Program-made: the position numbers and the translations under genes
Part shown: piece by piece, positions 41,068-48,708 of the stretch
How the letters are laid out: every line of letters begins with the position of its first letter
Numbering within the stretch: position 1 is the first letter of the stretch
Notes under the pieces: model-generated
The model's input: only the letters and a program-made list of their open reading frames with translations
The model's database searches: none
Told to the model about the DNA's origin: nothing
NCBI GenBank assembly: GCA_015068925.1
Contig: SVJP01000003.1
Coordinates: 1-48,708, forward strand
Length of the DNA: 48,708 nucleotides
Source of the DNA: Oscillospiraceae bacterium
Lineage (GTDB): Bacteria > Bacillota > Clostridia > HGM11514
Direction of reading: 5' to 3'

Positions 41068-42603
41068 TTACGATACCCTCTTTTTTGTTGATTGGAAGAT
41101 TTGTTTTACCCATAAGGAATCCTCTTGGGTAAAACAACCTGTTATGCGAAGAAGTAGAAAATAAAAAAGTAGAGTAACAATTCCGCTTGTTATAAGAAGG
41201 AAAGCGGCTGGCAAATCAAGCAAAAAAGCCATATTTTTTCCTATTAATACTGCAATTATCGCACATAAGGCGGGAAGGAAAATGCCTTTTCCAAACATCA
41301 GATTGAAACAGGCAACCTTTGATAACCGACGAAAACTCAAAGTAAAATTTAAAATCTCACTAAAACAAATTAAAAAAACATATCCTGCCGTTCCGAATTG
41401 GGGTAGTAGCAAAAATAGCAAACCCAATCCAACCGCAGAATCAATAATATTGTATTTCATGGATTGTACTTGTTCATCCAGTCCTTTGAGCATATTATCT
41501 ACCGTATGGTCTAAGTACATGACAGGTACAAGCAAAGCAAGCATTTTTAAGTACATGGCACTATTTTCATGGTTTCCCCAAGCCGACATCAATTCTTCTG
41601 CAAAGAAAAATAAATATCCTGCTGTGCCAAAAGAAAATAACAAGGTCAGCTGAATACTTCGGTCGATAAAATAGGTGATTCTTCGGCTGTGGTTTCCGCT
41701 TCTTGCCCGCACCTCTGCTACCTCTGGTATCAATAAATTGGAAAAGGAGAACAGCAAAGAGGTGGGAAATAAAATAATGGGGAGAACAATTCCATGAATG
41801 ATGCCAAAAGCGGATACCGCTTGACGATGAGTCATGCCGTTTTTTTGCAATTGAGAGGGTACCAGCAGGTGTTTTACCGTTACCAGCCCTGACCGTAAAT
41901 AAGAGGAAAAAGCAATAGGCAATGCGATTCGCAACAGTCCGCCCGTTGCTTTTTTAATGCCTTTTTCTTTTTTTCGATCATAATGAAATAAGCCAAGGGA
42001 TGCTAAAAAACTGGCTCCTTCTCCCAAAGTTCCTGCAAGAATCAGAGAAAGACAAGTGTATTCCTCTCCTCGAGGAAGAAAATGAGACAAGAACAAAACA
42101 GTCAAACCGATTTTTAACAGTTGTTCGCCAATTTGAATTAAGGCGGTTTTATAAACTTTTCTTACTGCAGTAAAATATCCGACCATAATGCCCGATGCGG
42201 CAACAAAAGGAAGAGAAAGTGCCATAATCCGAAGAGAAATCACCCCGTTGTTCTGATGCAAAATGCTATGACTGAAAAAGGGTGCAAAAATCAGCAAAAT
42301 AACGCAACTTCCAAAGCCAAAAACAAGGGCATAAAGAAAGCACTTTCGTAGGATTTCAGAAAGCCTTGCGCCCATGTTTTCCGAAACCAGACGCATGGTG
42401 GCAAAATTGGCTCCCGAAGAGGCAAAAGTAACTCCAAAGGAATAGATCGACATCATTAATTGATAGTGCCCCATCATGGCTGTCCCGATTTTTCTTGTCA
42501 AATACAAATTAAACCATACTCCGATTCCACTCATCAGAAATGCGGTTATGGCAGAAACAGTTCCGTTTATCATCAATAATCCCACGCGCTTCAAAATCAT
42601 CAC
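41068..42603 (-). CDS. spoVB: SpoVB-like MOP/MATE superfamily flippase
   Basis: About 12-14 TM segments; ALPIAFS, LKGLDEQ motifs; candidate sigma-E promoter upstream. Confidence 0.65.
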   Translation of the reverse strand: MMILKRVGLLMINGTVSAITAFLMSGIGVWFNLYLTRKIGTAMMGHYQLMMSIYSFGVTFASSGANFATMRLVSENMGARLSEILRKCFLYALVFGFGSCVILLIFAPFFSHSILHQNNGVISLRIMALSLPFVAASGIMVGYFTAVRKVYKTALIQIGEQLLKIGLTVLFLSHFLPRGEEYTCLSLILAGTLGEGASFLASLGLFHYDRKKEKGIKKATGGLLRIALPIAFSSYLRSGLVTVKHLLVPSQLQKNGMTHRQAVSAFGIIHGIVLPIILFPTSLLFSFSNLLIPEVAEVRARSGNHSRRITYFIDRSIQLTLLFSFGTAGYLFFFAEELMSAWGNHENSAMYLKMLALLVPVMYLDHTVDNMLKGLDEQVQSMKYNIIDSAVGLGLLFLLLPQFGTAGYVFLICFSEILNFTLSFRRLSKVACFNLMFGKGIFLPALCAIIAVLIGKNMAFLLDLPAAFLLITSGIVTLLFYFLLLRITGCFTQEDSLWVKQIFQSTKKRVS

Positions 42604-42610
42604 CGATACT

Positions 42611-42638
42611 ACTATATGTTTTTGTGATGGGATTTATG
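42611..42638 (-). promoter_or_regulatory. Candidate sigma-E promoter
   Basis: Minus strand CATAA-N15-CATATAGT just upstream of the spoVB-like start, similar to the sigma-E consensus. Confidence 0.45.
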
Positions 42639-42702
42639 TTTGTAACAAAAGGCTTTTTATGATATAATGAGATTGTGATTACAAAGAAAGGAATCGAACA
42701 GA

Positions 42703-42954
42703 ATGCTGAAAATATTATTTTTTATATGGAATTTACTCGTTTTTTTACTTTATGGTCGCGACAAACAAAGAGCCATGGCGAATGAATGGAGAATCAGCGA
42801 AAAAACCCTGCTCCTATGTGCCTTTTTGTTAGGCGGATTGGGAGCAGGGCTGGGTATGCTTGTCTTTCGTCATAAAACAAGACATTTAAAATTCTGTATT
42901 TTAGTGCCATTGGCCATTATTTGCAACGGGGTGTTGTTGTATCAACTGATTTGA
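42703..42954 (+). CDS. DUF1294 family small membrane protein
   Basis: YGRDKQRA...WRISEKTL...GG.GA..GM..FRHKTRH.KF. Confidence 0.9.
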   Translation: MLKILFFIWNLLVFLLYGRDKQRAMANEWRISEKTLLLCAFLLGGLGAGLGMLVFRHKTRHLKFCILVPLAIICNGVLLYQLI

Positions 42955-43741
42955 TCCATTCGTTAGCCAAATCGACCCATCGAGATGCGGCAGGAATGAT
43001 TTGTTCCGGTTCGCTGAAGCAGGTAATTTCATTGGCAAGGGCAATTCCGTGAGGTCCCTCAGGGAAAATATGTACTTCACAAGGAATGTGATGGTCTGTT
43101 AATGCACGGGCAAAGGTTAAAGTGTTAGCCACTGCCACCACAGGGTCGGTTGCTGTATGCATCAAAAAGGCAGGAACGGTGTGTTCATCTACACACAAAT
43201 CCGGGGAATAGCGTTTTAACTCTTCCAAAGAGGGGTCTTCTGTGCCTAAAATCCGATGAAAGCTGGGCATGTGAGTGCCGGGAACAAAGGGCGTAATTAC
43301 CGGATAAATGGGGAGCATTCCTGCAACTTTATTGGAGCCGTAAGGGATGTTGGCACTTTTATATACTTCGGGTAAATGCCACAAAGTTCCCAAGGAGGCG
43401 CAAAGATGCCCTCCTGCAGAAAATCCGCAGGCAAAAACACGGTCGGGATTGATGTGATACTCTTCAGCATGGTCCTTGATGTGCTTGACCGCCAGAGAGG
43501 CTTCAATCAAAGGTTGGGGAAATTTTGCTTGTTCTCCTAAAGAATAGTGAAGAACAAAGGCATTGTATCCCTTTGCCAAAAAGGCTTGGGCAATGGGTTG
43601 ACCCTCTTTATAATCACACAGCCACCCGTATCCGCCGCCGGGAATGACCAAAATGGCATCCCGAATCAATTCTCCTACCTGATCTGCCACATAAAGGTCT
43701 AACGATGCTTGTTCTGTTAATTTGATTTGTTCTGTTCTCAT
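42917..43741 (-). CDS. Alpha/beta hydrolase (esterase/lipase), copy 2
   Basis: PGGGY, GFSAGGHL, D and GPHG; ATG 43741 overlaps the upstream stop (ATGA). Confidence 0.88.
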   Translation of the reverse strand: MRTEQIKLTEQASLDLYVADQVGELIRDAILVIPGGGYGWLCDYKEGQPIAQAFLAKGYNAFVLHYSLGEQAKFPQPLIEASLAVKHIKDHAEEYHINPDRVFACGFSAGGHLCASLGTLWHLPEVYKSANIPYGSNKVAGMLPIYPVITPFVPGTHMPSFHRILGTEDPSLEELKRYSPDLCVDEHTVPAFLMHTATDPVVAVANTLTFARALTDHHIPCEVHIFPEGPHGIALANEITCFSEPEQIIPAASRWVDLANEWIKSVDTTTPRCK

Positions 43742-44550
43742 TTTGTATCTTTCATCCATTCGGCTGCCATGTCTACCCACTTGGCAGTATTTTTATTGTT
43801 CCATTCAGGCTTACCGCAGTCCGTAATTTCATTGGCAAGGGCTACGCCGTGAGGACCATTTGGGTAAATATGTAATTCACAGCGGATTCCTTTGTCCGTT
43901 AAAGCACGGGCAAAAACAAGGGAATTGGCAACGGAAACAGCCTGATCTGCAGCAGTATGCATCAAAAAGGCAGGAACGGTATGCTCATCCACACAATATT
44001 CCAAAGAATAACGCTTTAATTCTTCCTCTGTGGGATTTAGGGTTCCCAACAGATGATAAAAGCTTCCCATGTGCGCCCCCGGAACAACTGCCGAAATCAC
44101 AGGGTAAATGGGAATCATGCCTTTAATTTGATTGGAGCCGTAAGGAATCCCTGCTCCTTCAAACACTTGGGGTAAATGCCACAGGGTTCCCAAAGAAGCG
44201 CAAAGGTGCCCTCCTGCTGAAAATCCGCAGGCAAAAACACGGTCAGGATTGAGACTGTATTCCTCTGCATGGTCTTTGATATACTTGACCGCTAAGGAAG
44301 CTTCGATGAGTGGTTGAGGAAATTTGGCATCTTTTCCCACAGAATAATGAAGCACAAACGCACAAAGACCTTTTGCCAAAAAAGCAAGAGCAATGGGCTC
44401 TCCTTCGCGGTAACTGCAAATACCTTCATAACCCCCGCCGGGAATGACCAAAATGGCATCCCGAATATAATCTCCCACCCGATCGGGTACAAAGGCTTCC
44501 AGATAAACCTCATGGTTGGTTTCGCTGAGAGGGATTTTTTGATAAATCAT
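43738..44550 (-). CDS. Alpha/beta hydrolase (esterase/lipase), copy 1
   Basis: PGGGY, GFSAGGHL, GPHG; AAGGAG RBS; TTGACT/TATAAT promoter upstream. Confidence 0.88.
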   Translation of the reverse strand: MIYQKIPLSETNHEVYLEAFVPDRVGDYIRDAILVIPGGGYEGICSYREGEPIALAFLAKGLCAFVLHYSVGKDAKFPQPLIEASLAVKYIKDHAEEYSLNPDRVFACGFSAGGHLCASLGTLWHLPQVFEGAGIPYGSNQIKGMIPIYPVISAVVPGAHMGSFYHLLGTLNPTEEELKRYSLEYCVDEHTVPAFLMHTAADQAVSVANSLVFARALTDKGIRCELHIYPNGPHGVALANEITDCGKPEWNNKNTAKWVDMAAEWMKDTK

Positions 44551-44603
44551 AAAAAAAACTCCTTGTTTCTTTTTTATCATTATATCGTAATTTTAAGAAA
44601 AAG

Positions 44604-45131
44604 TCAACTGCAATAATCCTCTAAAAGGCGGGTTAATTCTTCTTCCGATTCAATTTCAATGCCCGCTTTTAGTTTTTCTAATTCCTCTTGCGGAAGCAAT
44701 TGAGGAAGAAAATCGTAACAATCCCGTATTCTGGATGGGTCGTTTTGATATTGCACAATCAATTGATTGTTCTTTATGGTCAAAATAAAATGTCGGTTAC
44801 ATTTCTCCTGACTGATTTTTGCAAAATACAGAATATTATTTTCGTAGGTTTCAAACAGGGTTCCCGTAAGGGAAACGTCAGAAGCTGATTTTCCTATCCA
44901 GGAAGAAGGAAGTCGCTTTTCCTTCAGTTCATAATGACCGCACCCTCCATAGCTATAGCGTACCATCAGACGGGTATTTTCCAAAATAACAGGTTCACTA
45001 TGAGCAGGAAACGGAGATGATTTGGCAACTGTTTTTTGTAAAATGACGGGAGAGGGAGAAAGAAATTTTGCCATTCCCCAACCAAATAACAATCCCAAAA
45101 TACAGATTGCACAAAATAAAAATTTTTTCAA
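44604..45131 (-). CDS. BofC C-terminal domain protein
   Basis: N-terminal TM, CGH motif, C-terminal LPQEELEKLKAGIEIESEEELTRLLEDYCS. Confidence 0.75.
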   Translation of the reverse strand: MKKFLFCAICILGLLFGWGMAKFLSPSPVILQKTVAKSSPFPAHSEPVILENTRLMVRYSYGGCGHYELKEKRLPSSWIGKSASDVSLTGTLFETYENNILYFAKISQEKCNRHFILTIKNNQLIVQYQNDPSRIRDCYDFLPQLLPQEELEKLKAGIEIESEEELTRLLEDYCS

Positions 45132-45324
45132 GCAAATGCCTCCTTTTTTCTTTAGTTTTAGATATTTTCATACTTTTATCCGTAATTTAAAAAATTTGTA
45201 ATATAAATTTAAATAAAAATCAGAGAAAATGTGGTATAATAGAAAATAGGACGTAATAAAAAGATTGCAATTACGGTCTTTTTATGGTATAATAAGGATA
45301 TTAGAAATGAGTGGGAGGTCTTTT

Positions 45325-47619
45325 ATGAAACGATCAGTTAAAACATTTTTGAAATTCTTGCTGATCTTTGTATTAATTCTTTCAATCCTGGCAGGATGTA
45401 CCGTTGGAGCTATCGTGTTGACAACCAATGATGTATTTACGGAGTTTAATGCAGATGATATTAACTTGAATTTCACTTCTTTTCTGTATTACACAGATGA
45501 AAACGGCAATGATGTGGAATATCAACAGTTATCCGGAACGGAAAATCGTATTTGGGCGGATTTGGAAGATATTTCTCCGTACTTAACAGATGCTATTGTC
45601 GCAATTGAAGACGAACGTTTTTGGAGTCATAAAGGCTTTGACTTAAAGCGTTTTACCGGGGCAACATTGAATTATGTACTGAAAAGTGATAATTCATACG
45701 GCGGAAGTACTATCACGCAGCAGCTGATTAAAAACTTAACCGGTGATGATGATGCCAAGGTTGCTCGTAAATTGCGGGAAATTATTCGTGCTATTCAGTT
45801 GGAACAGCAAATGGATAAGGAAAGTATCCTGGAATTGTATATGAACACCATTTATCTGGGACAGGGATGTAACGGTGTAAAAACCGCAGCATATACTTAT
45901 TTTGGAAAAGATGTCAGTGAGTTAAATTTAGCGGAATCTGCATCTTTGGCAGGAATTACTCAGTATCCGACTCAGTATGACCCGATTATAAATCCCGATG
46001 CCAATATCCAAAAGCAGCATGTTGTTTTGGAAAAAATGTTGGAATTGGGATATATCAGCCAACAGGAATATCAGGATGCGATTGATTATGATATTACTTT
46101 TGGTGCAGGCGTCAGCGAAGAAAATCAAATTCAGTCTTATTTTGTAGATGCAGTGATTGATGAAGTGCTCCAAGATTTGCAGAAAGAAAAAGGATATGCT
46201 CTCAATTATGCGGCAAAACTGCTGTATAACGGCGGATTGCAGATTTATACCACTTTGGATCCTCGTGTGCAGACCATTTTGGAAGAAGAGTATGCAAAGG
46301 ATGAAAATTTCGGTACTCCTTCGGGCGAAGAACAAGTAGAATCTGCTATGGTAATTATGGATCCGTATACCGGTGAAATTAAGGCATTGGTTGGTGGACG
46401 CGGAAACAAAGAAAGCAACCGTACTTTAAATCGCGCAACTCAAACCACCCGTCAGCCGGGTTCTACCATTAAGCCCATTGCAGTATATGGTCCTGCCATG
46501 AATGAAGGCTTGATTGGTCCCGGAACCATTATTGTGGACAAAAAGCTTACATTGGAAGGATGGACACCGAAGAACTATGATCATTCTTTTTCAGGTCCTA
46601 CCAGTGTCCGTAATGCAATCGCACGGTCTATCAATATTGTTGCAGTAAAAACATTACAAATGTTGGGATTGGATACGTCCTATGAATATATGACAGAAAA
46701 ATTCCATTTTACCACCTTGATTGAAAAGGAAAAAGCAGAAGACGGCAATTATTTGACTGATAAACAGTATCCGGGCTTAGCTTTAGGTGGTTTGACATAC
46801 GGTGTAAATGTAAAAGAAATGACCGCAGCGTATGCGACCTTTGCCAACAATGGAGTGCATTTGACTCCTCATACTTACACGAAGGTATTGGATGCCAACG
46901 GCAATGTATTATTAGAAAAGAATGTAGAAGAAACCGAAGTATTCAGTGAAGAAGCCAATGCTATGATTATGAGTTGTCTGCGCTCTGTTGTAACGGGCGG
47001 TACCGGTACGGCAGCATGGCTTGGAAACGGTATTTCTTCTGCCGGAAAAACAGGAACTACCGATAATGCCCACGACTTGTGGTTCTGTGGTGTATCTCCC
47101 TACTATGCCGGTGCGGTATGGTGCGGATTTGACCAACCGAAAAATTTGTATGCTTATGTTCCTGATTCAATCAGTACCCAAATTTGGGGAATTGTCATGC
47201 GTCGTGTCCATTCCGATTTAGGCTTGGAAGCAAGAGATTTTATATGGCCGACTGATGTGAATTATAATTTATCTATTAATAATGAAGCAGGCAAGGCAGA
47301 TGATGATGAGGATAAAGATGAGGACGAGGATGAAGATGAAGATGAAGAAGAAAGCCCTACTCCTTCTGAAGAACCATCTGAAACACCTTCAGAAGAGCCT
47401 TCTGCCAGTCCGTCAGTAGAACCGGAAGTGAGTGAAACACCCACCGTTACACCGGTTGTAACACCAACTTCTGAGTTGACGCCTTCTCCTGAATCTACAG
47501 AACCACCAATTGAAACTCCTGCGACACAAACACCGGAGATTCCTGTAACAAATACTGAACCGGCTATTATTCCGGAAAATCCGGTTGAGTTACCGGCAGA
47601 AAACGAATCAGAATATTAA
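45325..47619 (+). CDS. Class A penicillin-binding protein (PBP1A)
   Basis: EDERFWSHKG, GGSTITQQLIKN, RKLRE, GSTIK, SIN, KTGT; acidic and P/T/E-rich tail; start after GGGAGG. Confidence 0.95.
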   Translation: MKRSVKTFLKFLLIFVLILSILAGCTVGAIVLTTNDVFTEFNADDINLNFTSFLYYTDENGNDVEYQQLSGTENRIWADLEDISPYLTDAIVAIEDERFWSHKGFDLKRFTGATLNYVLKSDNSYGGSTITQQLIKNLTGDDDAKVARKLREIIRAIQLEQQMDKESILELYMNTIYLGQGCNGVKTAAYTYFGKDVSELNLAESASLAGITQYPTQYDPIINPDANIQKQHVVLEKMLELGYISQQEYQDAIDYDITFGAGVSEENQIQSYFVDAVIDEVLQDLQKEKGYALNYAAKLLYNGGLQIYTTLDPRVQTILEEEYAKDENFGTPSGEEQVESAMVIMDPYTGEIKALVGGRGNKESNRTLNRATQTTRQPGSTIKPIAVYGPAMNEGLIGPGTIIVDKKLTLEGWTPKNYDHSFSGPTSVRNAIARSINIVAVKTLQMLGLDTSYEYMTEKFHFTTLIEKEKAEDGNYLTDKQYPGLALGGLTYGVNVKEMTAAYATFANNGVHLTPHTYTKVLDANGNVLLEKNVEETEVFSEEANAMIMSCLRSVVTGGTGTAAWLGNGISSAGKTGTTDNAHDLWFCGVSPYYAGAVWCGFDQPKNLYAYVPDSISTQIWGIVMRRVHSDLGLEARDFIWPTDVNYNLSINNEAGKADDDEDKDEDEDEDEDEEESPTPSEEPSETPSEEPSASPSVEPEVSETPTVTPVVTPTSELTPSPESTEPPIETPATQTPEIPVTNTEPAIIPENPVELPAENESEY

Positions 47620-47623
47620 AAAT

Positions 47624-47655
47624 TAACCCACAAGGAAAAAATCCTTGTGGGTTTT
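47624..47655. terminator. Bidirectional terminator
   Basis: AACCCACAAGGA-AAAAA-TCCTTGTGGGTT. Confidence 0.8.
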
Positions 47656-47665
47656 CTATGGGATT

Positions 47666-47821
47666 TCATTTAAAATCATGTTTGGTTTTTAATTTTTTGA
47701 TTTCTTCTTCTTTTTTCTGAAGCTCAGCTTCATAAGCCTGATTGAGCTGTTCTATATAAGCGATAACGGCTTTTTTATCAAACCCAAACGGTGCAGTGGG
47801 AAATAATTTTTTTTGCTCCAT
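47666..47821 (-). CDS. 51-aa DivIVA/GpsB-domain-like protein (absent from ORF track)
   Basis: GGAGGT RBS; MEQKKLFPTAPFGFDKKAVIAYIEQLNQAYEAELQKKEEEIKKLKTKHDFK; starts 2 bp after the yigZ stop. Confidence 0.7.
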   Translation of the reverse strand: MEQKKLFPTAPFGFDKKAVIAYIEQLNQAYEAELQKKEEEIKKLKTKHDFK

Positions 47822-47823
47822 GG

Positions 47824-48450
47824 CTATACCTCCAAACAAAAATAATCTTCTTTTATTTTTTCAGGATGGATGGCGGCATTAAATTGTTCTGTTAATTCTG
47901 CCAAAGCTTTTTGCTCCTCCTCCAAAGGAATCCAAAAAGTGGTTTCGATGTTGGCACCAAAGGTTCCTTCGGGATTGGATGCTCCCAATGTTTTTAACAC
48001 ATTTTGGAACCTTCCCCAATCGCCATAATCCACTTGTGCTTTATACTGTACACAAGGAGTCATTGTGACAACGCCTGCCTCGTCCAACGCCATTTTAGCA
48101 CTTTTTCCGTATGCTCGAACCAAGCCTCCTGCACCGAGCAGAGTTCCTCCAAAATATCGGGTGACCACAATCATACAGTCCGTAACCCCTTCTCGGGTAA
48201 TTACATCCAACACGGGAGGACCTGCGGTTTTGGCAGGTTCACCATCGTCCGAAAAACGGGTAATGTTATTTTCGCGAAGGGAATAGGCATACACGTGATG
48301 TCGAGCATCCCAATACTTACTTCGAACCTTTCCCAACAGAGAAAGGGCTTCCTCCTCTGATTGAATCTGAAAGGCTTGAGCAATAAATCGGGAACGCTTT
48401 TCTACCAATTCCGCTTCGGCATCCTTGTCAAAGGTTTTGTATGGCTTCAT
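47824..48450 (-). CDS. yigZ: YigZ/IMPACT family protein
   Basis: KRSRFIA, ARHHVYAY, SDDGEPAKTAG, VTRYFGGTLLGAGGLVRAY. Confidence 0.93.
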   Translation of the reverse strand: MKPYKTFDKDAEAELVEKRSRFIAQAFQIQSEEEALSLLGKVRSKYWDARHHVYAYSLRENNITRFSDDGEPAKTAGPPVLDVITREGVTDCMIVVTRYFGGTLLGAGGLVRAYGKSAKMALDEAGVVTMTPCVQYKAQVDYGDWGRFQNVLKTLGASNPEGTFGANIETTFWIPLEEEQKALAELTEQFNAAIHPEKIKEDYFCLEV

Positions 48451-48707
48451 TCCAATTCCTCCTCTGTAAGATAAGGAGTCAGCAGAGTCATCAACTCTCC
48501 ATCCGCAACTACAGTCATAACCTGACCATTTTCTGTAAATTTTTCTTGTTCTACCTTTGTTTTTTCATGAAGCATTGCTGCTAATTTACCTTCTGAATAG
48601 GGGATACAGACAGTCACACTACGGCGAACGGGAACCAACCGTTTTCGGAGCAAATCTAAAAGCTCTCCTACTCCTTCACCTGTTTTTGCAGAGATACAAA
48701 CACTGTT
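48447..48707 (-). CDS. hflX: GTPase HflX, 3' end only (runs off window)
   Basis: Frame open to the window edge: NSVCISAKTGEGVGELL (G5 motif) then IPYSEGKLAAMLHE, typical of the HflX C-terminus; usual neighbour of yigZ. Confidence 0.8.
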   Translation of the reverse strand, partial: NSVCISAKTGEGVGELLDLLRKRLVPVRRSVTVCIPYSEGKLAAMLHEKTKVEQEKFTENGQVMTVVADGELMTLLTPYLTEEELE

Positions 48708-48708
48708 T

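Noticed and set aside
47298-47619. Low-complexity GAT/GAA and Pro/Thr/Glu repeats
   Set aside because: Ordinary disordered tail of a class A PBP.

Overview
Chromosomal replication-origin region of a low-GC, probably spore-forming Clostridia-class bacterium. The left arm is the conserved minus-strand run rpmH-rnpA-yidD-yidC-jag-mnmE-mnmG-rsmG-noc-(orphan)-parA-parB with two perfect parS sites. It continues into a second type IIA topoisomerase pair (parE/parC-like), a HAD hydrolase and an AT-rich accessory module (XRE regulator divergent from a secreted Cys/His-repeat HEXXH protein). The right arm is dnaA-oriC-dnaN-yaaA-recF-remB-gyrB-gyrA, valS, surface-protein genes, spo0A, FMN riboswitch-ribU, tRNA-Arg(ACG), a spoVB-like flippase, a bofC-like gene, PBP1A, yigZ and the 3' end of hflX. 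The most notable unexplained signal is a family of four promoter-to-terminator structured RNA cassettes of about 190-225 nt around valS (27148-27374 +, 30996-31228 -, 31314-31570 +, 31580-31826 +). Each has a long closing stem and an apical segment complementary to a sequence just 3' of the stem. That 3' sequence can alternatively pair with the terminator hairpin (anti-antiterminator / antiterminator / terminator logic), and the copies show compensatory changes. Two cassettes lead divergent AbrB paralogs, and two are in tandem before a SLOG/YspA-like gene, next to a synonymously diverged 49-bp duplicate of the valS 3' region that looks like an integration scar. Also noted are a probable non-canonical ACG start for dnaA and an unannotated 51-aa DivIVA/GpsB-like ORF. 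All calls are by eye; no searches or folding programs were run.
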